A stretch of 32,000 nt of DNA from Allobaculum fili (GTDB taxonomy: Bacteria > Bacillota_I > Bacilli_A > Erysipelotrichales > Erysipelotrichaceae): positions 2,883 through 34,882 of the forward strand of contig NZ_JAHDSX010000025.1 in the NCBI RefSeq assembly GCF_020969955.1, in the 5' to 3' direction. The notes below the pieces were generated by a model that had not been told where the DNA came from, did not search any database, and worked only from the letters and a program-made list of their open reading frames with translations. The position numbers and the translations under genes were made by a program. Positions 6,312 through 14,192 of the stretch are shown here, piece by piece. The stretch's first letter is position 1, and each line of letters starts with the position of its first letter.

Positions 6312-8498
6312 ATGAACTTACGACAGATGCGCTTTGCGCTTATGAGCGATGAAAAGCTCTATCAGTCTTTTGCTTCTTCGAACTGGAACCGGATGAGCGT
6401 CGAAAACCGGAAGGCAGCGCTGCAGGAGCTGGGCAATCGCGTCGCAGACGAATACGGGATTGAACGCCGGCCGATGTGGTTTGAACCCATGAGCGGAGGA
6501 CGCTTCGGATCTTTTGATGAGAATGAAAATGTCGTATGCCTCAACCGCTACCTTGTGGAAGAAGGCCGGCAGTATATGGCGGAAAACGGGCAGCTGTATT
6601 ACTGCGATCGTACGGATGCGCCGGCCGAACTGGTGAATACGGTTTATCACGAATACTATCACGCCTATCAGCGGGATGCGATCGACGGAAAAGTGACGCA
6701 TCCGGATCCCATGGAAGTCAAAGTCTGGGAAAGCAATTTTAAACGGGATGCGGGCAATCAGCTCGTGAACTACTACAGCAATCAAGACAAAGTGGATCCG
6801 CGCTATAACGTCCAGTCCGGGGAGCGAACAGCCGACCGCAAAGGAGAAGAAGGCGTTCGAAAAGTTTTTGAATCCAACGAAAGAACTCTCGGCAAAGACC
6901 AGATGTATGAAGAGTATAAAAAATCGCATGCCTGTGATTCATATTCCAGACACCTTCAGGATGCGATCAGCCAGTTACAGGATCCGAACATCGAAGAAAA
7001 TCTCGATAAAGAGATGCTCATGAAATACTGCGATGATCATGGAATCGACTATAAAGCAGAGGACAGCTATAAGGATGTCTGCAATCGGATTCGGCAGGCA
7101 GAGCATCCAGAACTTGGTCCAGCTAAGCCCGCTTCCGAAAAATCTCTGCTGACCCCGGAACAGGAGCGGCTTAAGCAGTACATGGATGATCATGGATACA
7201 GTCCGGAAAACCAGACGGAGTATAAGCGGGATCCGGAATGGCAGCGGCTGCATCAGGCAGTTTATGGAGAACGCGAAGGCATAAATAACTTGCCGCCGGA
7301 TCCCTCTTTCCACAAAGAAGCGGAAAAGGCCGAGCAGGAAGACCAGACGATCAACAGAGAACTGAACACGGAGGTTTTACCAAAGAAAGCGGAAGAAGCT
7401 GCCGAAAGCGAAGACCAGGATCAGCAGGAAGGCGAAAGCAAAACAGCGGAAGAGACCGAGGACGAATCTGAGGCTGAAAGCGAAGGTCAGAGCGAGCAGG
7501 AAGGCGAAAGCGAAGCGGTCGAAGAGACCGAGGACAAATCCGCAGCCGAAAGCGAAGATCAGACTGAACAGGAAGATCAGGTCGAGTCCGATGAACTGAA
7601 CATGGACGACTCCCCCGAAGAAAGTGAAGACGAAACTGAGCAGGAAGATCAGAGTGAAAGGTCTGAAGAGACCGAGGACGAATCTGAGGCTGAAAGCGAA
7701 GATCAGAGCGAACAGGAAGAGGAAAGCGAAGCGGTCGAAGAGACCGAGGACAAATCCGCAGCCGAAAGCGAAGATCAGACTGAACAGGAAGATCAGGTCG
7801 AATCCGATGAACTGAACATGGACGACTCTCCCGAAGAAAGTGAAGACCAGAGCGAACAGGAAGATCAGGTCGAGTCCGATGAACTGAACATGGACGATTC
7901 TCCCGAGGAAAGTGAAGACGAGACTGAACAGGAGGATCAGGTCGAATCCGACGAATTGAACATGGACGACTCTCCCGAAGAAAGTGAAGACCAGAGCGAA
8001 CAGGAAGATCAGGTCGAGCCCGATGAACTGAACATGGACGATTCTCCCGAGGAAAGTGAAGACGAGACGGAACAGGAGGATCAGGTCGAATCCGATGAAC
8101 TGAACATGGACGACTCTCCCGAAGAAAGTGAAGACCAGAGCGAACAGGAAGATCAGGTCGAGTCCGATGAACTGAACATGGACGATTCTCCCGAGGAAAG
8201 TGAAGACGAGACGGAACAGGAGGATCAGGTCGAATCCGACGAATTGAACATGGACGACTCTTACGACGAAAACGAAGACCAGAGAGAACAGGAAGATCGG
8301 AACCATTCGGATGATGTAAACATGGATGAATCGGCAGATCAGGAAGAAGAAACATCTGAAAACGAAGAACAGGCCCAGTCCGAAGATCAGAGTCTGTCCG
8401 ATGAGCCCAGCATGGAGGACGGTTCTTTGCCATCAGACAGCGGGGAGAGTTCCTCTAAAGAGGAGGAAGAAGACGAACAGAAGGGCATATCCTACTGA
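6312..8498 (+). CDS. 728-aa protein: N-terminal zincin-like domain (HEYYHAYQ) plus C-terminal polyacidic tandem-repeat region
   Basis: AGGAG at 6297-6301 serves as RBS. The HExxHxxQ motif is at codons 113-120 (6648-6671). The short module Y[CM]DDHG...YK.D occurs twice. From about codon 364 the sequence is almost entirely D/E/S/Q with 24-aa repeats (ESEDQSEQEDQVESDELNMDDSPE). No signal peptide or TM segment is visible. Confidence 0.85.
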   Translation: MNLRQMRFALMSDEKLYQSFASSNWNRMSVENRKAALQELGNRVADEYGIERRPMWFEPMSGGRFGSFDENENVVCLNRYLVEEGRQYMAENGQLYYCDRTDAPAELVNTVYHEYYHAYQRDAIDGKVTHPDPMEVKVWESNFKRDAGNQLVNYYSNQDKVDPRYNVQSGERTADRKGEEGVRKVFESNERTLGKDQMYEEYKKSHACDSYSRHLQDAISQLQDPNIEENLDKEMLMKYCDDHGIDYKAEDSYKDVCNRIRQAEHPELGPAKPASEKSLLTPEQERLKQYMDDHGYSPENQTEYKRDPEWQRLHQAVYGEREGINNLPPDPSFHKEAEKAEQEDQTINRELNTEVLPKKAEEAAESEDQDQQEGESKTAEETEDESEAESEGQSEQEGESEAVEETEDKSAAESEDQTEQEDQVESDELNMDDSPEESEDETEQEDQSERSEETEDESEAESEDQSEQEEESEAVEETEDKSAAESEDQTEQEDQVESDELNMDDSPEESEDQSEQEDQVESDELNMDDSPEESEDETEQEDQVESDELNMDDSPEESEDQSEQEDQVEPDELNMDDSPEESEDETEQEDQVESDELNMDDSPEESEDQSEQEDQVESDELNMDDSPEESEDETEQEDQVESDELNMDDSYDENEDQREQEDRNHSDDVNMDESADQEEETSENEEQAQSEDQSLSDEPSMEDGSLPSDSGESSSKEEEEDEQKGISY
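7449..8340 (+). repeat. in-frame tandem repeat array, 72-bp unit (with 216-bp and 144-bp higher-order structure), encoding the acidic tail
   Basis: The landmark gtcga[ga]tcc recurs at 7581, 7797, 7869, 7941, 8013, 8085, 8157 and 8229, giving exact 72- or 216-bp spacing. The block 7449-7664 is repeated at 7665 onward. Degenerate copies continue to about 8340. Confidence 0.95.
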
Positions 8499-8554
8499 TT
8501 CCTCCCAGCTAGTCCAATGCTTCAGCCTCAATGTATGGAAGAAAGGAAAAGAAA

Positions 8555-9865
8555 ATGGAATACAACGAACAGATTCTCAGCGGTGAATATCTTCATGATG
8601 ATCTGACTTACGTAGAACAGACGGCAAAATTCGGCCTTCCCGGAACGCTTCGAACCGGGAACAGTGTACTGCTCTGTCCGGGTGAGCAGATGCTGTCACG
8701 CCATCTGCTTCTGCTTGGCGGAATTGGAAGCGGCAAATCCAACTGCTTCAATCACCTGATCCGCAATGTCCGTGCCGGACTGACCGGACAGGATGTGCTG
8801 ATCATTTTTGATACCAAAGGCGACTATTACGATGAGTTTTACTGTCCGGGCGATGTCGTCATCAGCAACGATGCCCGGGCTACCGGCGGCGCTGGTTTTG
8901 ACTGCTGGAACGTCTTTAACGAAGTCATGATCGATGACCGCGTCGAAGAAAACGTCTACGAAATTGCCGGTACGCTTTTTTATGACAAGATTCACAACAG
9001 CTCGCAGCCGTTTTTCCCAAATGCGGCGAAAGACCTGTTTACGGCGCTGATGCTGCACATGAACCGCTCCGAGAAAATGGCGGCGCATCACAATAACAAG
9101 GCGCTCCGTTCCATGCTGGATACGTTCTCTCCGGAAGCCATGAAGAAAATTCTTCTTTCCTATCCCGATCTGAAGTCGATGAGTACGTATATTGATGATC
9201 CGAAGTCCGGACAGACAATGGGCGTCGTCTCGGAACTGCAGCAGGCAGTGCGGGAAATTCTGATCGGCAATTTTAAGCAGAAGGGAACGCTCTCCATGCG
9301 GGAACTGGTTCGCCAGAAAGGCGGCCGTGTCATTTTCATCGAATATGACACGGGCATCGGCAATCTGCTTACACCGATTTATAAGCTGCTGGTCGATCTG
9401 GCAATCAAGGAAGCGCTCTGCCGCAAGAGCAACGAAGGAAACGTTTATTTCATGCTCGATGAATTCCGGCTGCTTCCGCATCTCGAACACATTGACGACG
9501 GCGTCAATTTTGGACGAAGCCTGGGCGCCAAGTTCGCGATCGGAATTCAGAACGTGGATCAGATTTCGGCAGCGTATGGCGAAAACCTGGCGCGAAGCAT
9601 TCTTTCCGGTTTCGCGACAACGTTCGCTTTTCGGGTCAACGATTCCAATTCCCGCGGCTACATCAAGGATCTTTATGGAATGAATCTGCGTTCGGCAAGC
9701 TTCCTGTCCAATATCACGTCAAGAGGACTGGTCGAGCAGATTCGGGAAACGACGGTCGTTGAAGACGTGGATATCACCCGGCTACAGATTGGCGAAGCCA
9801 TTATCAGTACGCTGGGCATGCCGCCTTTCCGCTTCCGGTTTGATGAGTTTTTCTCGTCGCGCTGA
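8555..9865 (+). CDS. VirD4/TraG/TraD-type (type IV coupling protein-like) P-loop ATPase lacking TM segments
   Basis: Walker A is LLLLGGIGSGKS (8717-8740) and Walker B is VYFMLDEF (about 9443-9466). The TraG-D_C-like tail reads DEFRLLPHLEHIDDGVNFGRSLGAKFAIGIQNVDQISAAYGENLARSILSGFATTFAFRVNDSNSRGYI. AAGGA at 8543-8547 favours the ATG at 8555; an alternative ATG at 8531 has no RBS. Confidence 0.8.
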   Translation: MEYNEQILSGEYLHDDLTYVEQTAKFGLPGTLRTGNSVLLCPGEQMLSRHLLLLGGIGSGKSNCFNHLIRNVRAGLTGQDVLIIFDTKGDYYDEFYCPGDVVISNDARATGGAGFDCWNVFNEVMIDDRVEENVYEIAGTLFYDKIHNSSQPFFPNAAKDLFTALMLHMNRSEKMAAHHNNKALRSMLDTFSPEAMKKILLSYPDLKSMSTYIDDPKSGQTMGVVSELQQAVREILIGNFKQKGTLSMRELVRQKGGRVIFIEYDTGIGNLLTPIYKLLVDLAIKEALCRKSNEGNVYFMLDEFRLLPHLEHIDDGVNFGRSLGAKFAIGIQNVDQISAAYGENLARSILSGFATTFAFRVNDSNSRGYIKDLYGMNLRSASFLSNITSRGLVEQIRETTVVEDVDITRLQIGEAIISTLGMPPFRFRFDEFFSSR

Positions 9866-9939
9866 CTTTGGAATGCGATCCGCACCCCGTAAGGTACTCA
9901 CAGAAACGGTTCGCAGATCGCAAAAACCAGAGAATAAAA

Positions 9940-9980
9940 CCCGTCCGATCGAAATTTTGGCTCGATCGGGCGGGTTTTGT
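9940..9980 (+). terminator. intrinsic terminator closing the three-gene module
   Basis: A 13-bp perfect stem, cccgtccgatcga (9940-9952) paired with tcgatcgggcggg (9962-9974), is followed by TTTT. Confidence 0.85.
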
Positions 9981-10235
9981 AGGAATGCGTCTGCTTGTGG
10001 AAAGGAAACGACGGTTTTCGGAAAGGATCGGATCGGGAAGAAAAGTGCGCTTTTTGACGGCAGGGAGAACGGTTGTACGGGTGACTCGGGCGTTTTCGAT
10101 CCAAATCGGGTCAAATGTGAATGAAACGTGTACACCAAAGCAAGAAGTTTTCATTTCATTTTCAATTATTTTCATGAAAAAAACGTACAAAGCACACAAA
10201 AACGCAGAAATAAGGGAAGGGCACGGGAAGATATG

Positions 10236-10263
10236 TTGAGATTATCGGTTTTGCGTTTAATAT
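10236..10263 (+). promoter_or_regulatory. candidate sigma-A promoter of the liv operon
   Basis: TTGAGA (10236-10241), a 16-nt spacer and TAATAT (10258-10263) lie about 30 nt upstream of the livJ-like ATG. This rests on sequence pattern only. Confidence 0.4.
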
Positions 10264-10293
10264 TTAAGCTATCTTTTTAGAAAGAGGAACAAA

Positions 10294-11493
10294 ATGACAA
10301 AACACTTCTGGAAAGCAGCCGGAGCCACATTACTCTGCACATCCATGCTCGCTGGCTGCTCAAGCACTCCTGCAACTGGCAGCAGTACCGCAGATTCTGC
10401 TGCAGGCTCTTCCGCCAAAGCTGGCGATACCGTTAAAATCGGTCTCAACTTCGAGCTGACCGGTCAGGTCGCTGACTACGGCACAAAAGAAATTAACGGT
10501 GCGAAAATCGCTGTACAGCAGTTCAACGCCCGTGAAGACAAGCCCTTCACCGTAGAAACGGTTGAATTTGATGACAAGGGCGAACCGGCTGAATCGGTTG
10601 CTGCAATTACGAAACTGATCGAACAGGACGGTGTTGTCGGCGTTGTCGGACCTGCGACTTCCGCAAGCTCCATCGCTACGTATGAATTTGCGACATCGAA
10701 GCAGGTTCCTGTAATTTCTCCTTCCGCAACGCAGGTAAACGCCATGCTCAAGGCAGATGGTACACCATATGAATATGCGTGGCGTGTCTGCTTTGAAGAC
10801 AGCTATCAGGGCAAAGGCATGGCGGAATATGCCTACAACAATCTTGACGCGAAAAAAGCCGTTGTCCTGAACGAAGTATCCGACTACGGTTCCGGCCTGG
10901 CCGAAGCCTTCACCGAAGAATTCGAAAGCCTCGGCGGCGAAGTTCTCGACCGTTCCGAATACCAGTCCGGCGACAAGGATTTTGCAAGCTTCATTACCAA
11001 AATCAAAGACCTCGACTTCGATGTTATTTACGTTGGCGGCTACTATAACGAAGCAGCCCAGATCGTAAAGGCAGCCAAGGCAGCCGGCATTGAAAAACCG
11101 ATCATCGGTGCAGACGGATTTGACTCCGCTGACTTCATCCAGCAGATCGGCAACGACTACGCCAACAATATTTATTACACAACCGCCTACACAGCGATTG
11201 ATCCAAGCGAAGAACTGTCCAAGTTCATCGAAGACTACAAAGCAGCATACGGCGAAGAACCAAGCATGTTTGCGGCGCTTGCCTATGATGCAACCAACCT
11301 GCTCCTCTCCAGTCTCGAAACGTCCGGTGCGACGGGTGCAGAACTGAACGAAGCCATCAAGAAAGCAGACTTCTCCGGTATCACTGGATCCTTCACATTT
11401 GATGAGACAAACCACACTCCAGCAAAATCCGTTCTCGTTGTTGAACTCGTTGACGGTGTTCAGTCCAACGTCAAGGAAGTAAGCGTAGAATAA
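10294..11493 (+). CDS. livJ: branched-chain amino acid ABC transporter substrate-binding lipoprotein (LivJ/K family)
   Basis: The signal peptide carries the lipobox LAGC. A type-I periplasmic-binding fold pattern is present (VKIGLNFELTGQVADYG...GPATSASS...). The operon context with livHMGF supports the call. Confidence 0.88.
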   Translation: MTKHFWKAAGATLLCTSMLAGCSSTPATGSSTADSAAGSSAKAGDTVKIGLNFELTGQVADYGTKEINGAKIAVQQFNAREDKPFTVETVEFDDKGEPAESVAAITKLIEQDGVVGVVGPATSASSIATYEFATSKQVPVISPSATQVNAMLKADGTPYEYAWRVCFEDSYQGKGMAEYAYNNLDAKKAVVLNEVSDYGSGLAEAFTEEFESLGGEVLDRSEYQSGDKDFASFITKIKDLDFDVIYVGGYYNEAAQIVKAAKAAGIEKPIIGADGFDSADFIQQIGNDYANNIYYTTAYTAIDPSEELSKFIEDYKAAYGEEPSMFAALAYDATNLLLSSLETSGATGAELNEAIKKADFSGITGSFTFDETNHTPAKSVLVVELVDGVQSNVKEVSVE

Positions 11494-11519
11494 GCTGAAA
11501 ACCTGAATCCATTCAGAAA

Positions 11520-11546
11520 GCAGGGGTCTGATCCCCTGCTTTTTTC
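11520..11546 (+). terminator. intra-operon terminator/attenuator between the SBP and permease genes
   Basis: gcagggg (11520-11526) pairs with cccctgc (11533-11539), followed by TTTTTT. Confidence 0.7.
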
Positions 11547-11566
11547 AAAAGAAAGGAGAACTCCAT

Positions 11567-12445
11567 ATGGAAGTGTTTCTGCAGCAGGTGATCAACGGAC
11601 TGTCGCTTGGCAGTATTTACGCGCTGGTCGCCCTCGGCTATACGATGGTGTACGGAATCATCAAACTGATCAACTTTGCACACGGCGACATCTATATGAT
11701 CGGTGCCTACACAGCCTTTTTCGTAACTACCTACATGGGCATGAGATTTCTGCCGGCCCTGATCGTGTGCATGATCGTCTGCGGAATTCTCGGTGTACTC
11801 ATCGAACGCATTGCCTATCGTCCTCTGCGAAAGGCGCCCCGTATTACCGCGCTGATTACCGCGATCGGCGTCAGCTATGTCATTGAATACACGACCCAGA
11901 TGTTCATGGGCACGTCCACAAGAACGTATCCGAAGCTTCTGCCGGATACCTCATGGCAGCTCGGTCCGGTTCGTATTTCCTATATTCAGATGGTCATCTT
12001 TACCGTAACGATCGTACTGATGATTCTTCTGACGCTCGTCATTCAGAAAACAAAAATCGGCCGCGCGATGCGTGCCGTTTCCGCTGATGAAAATGCCGCC
12101 AAGCTGATGGGTATTTCCGTCGACAATACGATTTCCTTCACCTTCCTGATCGGTTCCGCCCTCGCGGGCGCGGCCGGTATGCTGGTCGGTGTGTACTACA
12201 ACGCAGCCAGCCCGCTGATGGGTATGGTTCCTGGTCTGAAAGCGTTCGTTGCGGCCGTATTCGGCGGCATCGGCTCCATTCCGGGCGCGCTTGTGGGCGG
12301 TCTGTTTATCGGCGTTGCCGAAACGCTGGTCGTTGCCTACGGCTCCTCGCTGTACCGCGACGCCATCGTGTATGCCATCCTGATTCTGGTGCTGATCATC
12401 AAGCCGACCGGTCTGTTTGGCAAGAACGAAAGAGAGAAGGTGTAA
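11567..12445 (+). CDS. livH: branched-chain amino acid ABC transporter permease (LivH type)
   Basis: The N-terminus QQVINGLSLGSIYALVALGYTMVYGIIKLINFAHGD is typical of LivH, and the protein is polytopic. Confidence 0.9.
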   Translation: MEVFLQQVINGLSLGSIYALVALGYTMVYGIIKLINFAHGDIYMIGAYTAFFVTTYMGMRFLPALIVCMIVCGILGVLIERIAYRPLRKAPRITALITAIGVSYVIEYTTQMFMGTSTRTYPKLLPDTSWQLGPVRISYIQMVIFTVTIVLMILLTLVIQKTKIGRAMRAVSADENAAKLMGISVDNTISFTFLIGSALAGAAGMLVGVYYNAASPLMGMVPGLKAFVAAVFGGIGSIPGALVGGLFIGVAETLVVAYGSSLYRDAIVYAILILVLIIKPTGLFGKNEREKV

Positions 12446-12448
12446 TCC

Positions 12449-13411
12449 ATGGCAAAACAGGTTCTGACAAAAACCAACCTGATCTGGACGGTGATTGCAC
12501 TGAGCATCTTTACCCTCGTCTGGGTTCTGATGGGCGCGGGCGTTATCAACTCCTACTATGAATCGACGATCTTTACGATCTGCTTCAATATTATTCTGGC
12601 TGTCTCCCTGAATCTGATTGTCGGCGTCTGCGGACAGTTCTCCTTAGGACATGCGGGATTCATGGCGATCGGCGCCTATTCTGCCGGTATCGTTACGAAA
12701 ATGATGCCCAACTACGGCGGCATGGCGCTGGGCATTCTGATCGGCTTTGTCATTTCGACGCTGGCCGCTCTGGTCGTTTCCATTCCGACGCTGCGTCTGC
12801 GCGGCGACTACCTCGCCATTGCGACGCTGGGCTTTTCAGAAATTATTCGAATCTGCATTCAGAACATGAAAATCACCAACGGCGCAGCCGGTCTGATGGG
12901 CATCCCCAAACTGACCACCTGGCCGATCCTGTTTTTCGCGGTTGTGCTTTCGATTATCGTCTGCACAAACTTCGTCCGCTCGACCCAGGGCCGTGCCTGC
13001 ATCGCCATCAACGATGACGAAATCGCAGCCGAAGCCATGGGCATCAACACCACGAAATACAAAGTCATGGCGTTTATTATCGGTGCCATTCTGGCTTCTC
13101 TGGCCGGCAGCCTGTTCGCCAACTACTTCTATGTACTGAACCCGAACCAGTTTACCTTCAACAAATCGATCGACATTCTGGTTATGGTCGTCTTCGGCGG
13201 CATGGGCAGCATGTCCGCTTCCGTTATCGCGGCCATCGCGATCGGCATCCTCAACATGTGGCTGCAGCAGTTCACCGACCTGCGCATGATCATTTACGGC
13301 GCCGCTCTGGTTCTGATGATGATCTTCCGTCCGCAGGGCATCCTTGGCTCCTGGGAACTTTCCATCGAGCGTTTCCTGAAAAAGCGTAAACTGAAAAAGG
13401 AGGAAGCGTGA
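12449..13411 (+). CDS. livM: branched-chain amino acid ABC transporter permease (LivM type)
   Basis: The protein is polytopic and carries LNLIVGVCGQFSLGHAGFMAIGAY, typical of LivM. It is adjacent to livH and livG. Confidence 0.9.
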   Translation: MAKQVLTKTNLIWTVIALSIFTLVWVLMGAGVINSYYESTIFTICFNIILAVSLNLIVGVCGQFSLGHAGFMAIGAYSAGIVTKMMPNYGGMALGILIGFVISTLAALVVSIPTLRLRGDYLAIATLGFSEIIRICIQNMKITNGAAGLMGIPKLTTWPILFFAVVLSIIVCTNFVRSTQGRACIAINDDEIAAEAMGINTTKYKVMAFIIGAILASLAGSLFANYFYVLNPNQFTFNKSIDILVMVVFGGMGSMSASVIAAIAIGILNMWLQQFTDLRMIIYGAALVLMMIFRPQGILGSWELSIERFLKKRKLKKEEA

Positions 13412-14190
13412 TGGACTCCGTATTAAAAATTACCGGCCTTTCCAAAAACTTCGGCGGTCTGGCTGCGGTTTCCGGCATCAACATGGAAATCTACCCCGGC
13501 GAACTGATCGGTCTGATCGGACCGAACGGTGCCGGCAAGACCACGCTGTTCAACTTGCTGACCGGCGTGTATGAACCGTCCGAAGGTCTGATTGAACTCA
13601 ATGTCGACGGCAAGAAGCAGCAGATCGGCGGCATGAAGCCGTACAAGATCACCGCACTTGGCATGGCGCGGACGTTCCAGAACATTCGTCTGTTCAAAAG
13701 CATGACCGTTCTGGAAAACGTCAAGCTCGCCATGCACAAGAACGCCGGCTACGGCGTATTCAACGGTCTGCTCCGTACGTCCCGCTATTACAACGCGGAA
13801 CGCTGGATCGAAGAAAAAGCCTGCGAATATCTGCAGGAAGTCGGTCTGTACAAAAAGCGCTACGACAAGGCGACGAACCTGCCGTACGGCGAACAGCGCC
13901 GCCTGGAAATCGCCCGGGCGCTGGCAACCCAGCCAAGCATCCTCTTTCTGGATGAACCGGCAGCCGGCATGAACCCGCAGGAAACCGAAGAGCTTACCCA
14001 GCTGATTCATCATCTGCGCGACAAGTACAAGCTCACCATCATTCTGATCGAGCACGACATGTCCCTGGTCATGAACCTGTGCGAACGCATCTTCGTTCTG
14101 AACTACGGCCAGCTGATCGCGTCCGGAACGCCGGATGAAATCAAGAACAACGAATTCGTCATCAAGGCGTACCTGGGCGAGGAGGTGTAA
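13408..14190 (+). CDS. livG: branched-chain amino acid ABC transporter ATP-binding protein (LivG type)
   Basis: Walker A GPNGAGKTT, an ABC signature region (LPYGEQRRLEIARAL), Walker B ILFLDEPAAG and the BCA_ABC C-terminus are present. It overlaps livM by 4 nt. Confidence 0.92.
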   Translation: MMDSVLKITGLSKNFGGLAAVSGINMEIYPGELIGLIGPNGAGKTTLFNLLTGVYEPSEGLIELNVDGKKQQIGGMKPYKITALGMARTFQNIRLFKSMTVLENVKLAMHKNAGYGVFNGLLRTSRYYNAERWIEEKACEYLQEVGLYKKRYDKATNLPYGEQRRLEIARALATQPSILFLDEPAAGMNPQETEELTQLIHHLRDKYKLTIILIEHDMSLVMNLCERIFVLNYGQLIASGTPDEIKNNEFVIKAYLGEEV

Positions 14191-14192
14191 GC

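Noticed and set aside
7449-8340. The regular 72-bp periodicity could be mistaken for a CRISPR array.
   Set aside because: There are no unique spacers between the repeats. The units are contiguous, in frame and translated as part of a 728-aa ORF, and no cas genes are present.
7351-8433. Two long minus-strand ORFs (360 aa and 309 aa) lie across the acidic repeat region.
   Set aside because: They are the complement of GA-rich in-frame repeats. They are repetitive Arg/Pro/Ser or Phe/Leu/Val strings produced by the repeat itself. The sense-strand gene has an RBS, a folded N-terminal domain and synonymous-only unit differences.
10164-10180. A CodY-box-like AT-rich element (aattattttcatgaaaa) upstream of the liv operon.
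   Set aside because: Alignment to AATTTTCWGAAAATT requires an indel and leaves several mismatches, which is not better than expected in AT-rich intergenic DNA.
4472-10293. Calling the accessory block an ICE, prophage or transposon-type mobile element.
   Set aside because: I could identify no integrase, transposase, relaxase, terminal inverted repeats or flanking direct repeats. Codon bias matches the host. Only a decayed-remnant hypothesis can be entertained.
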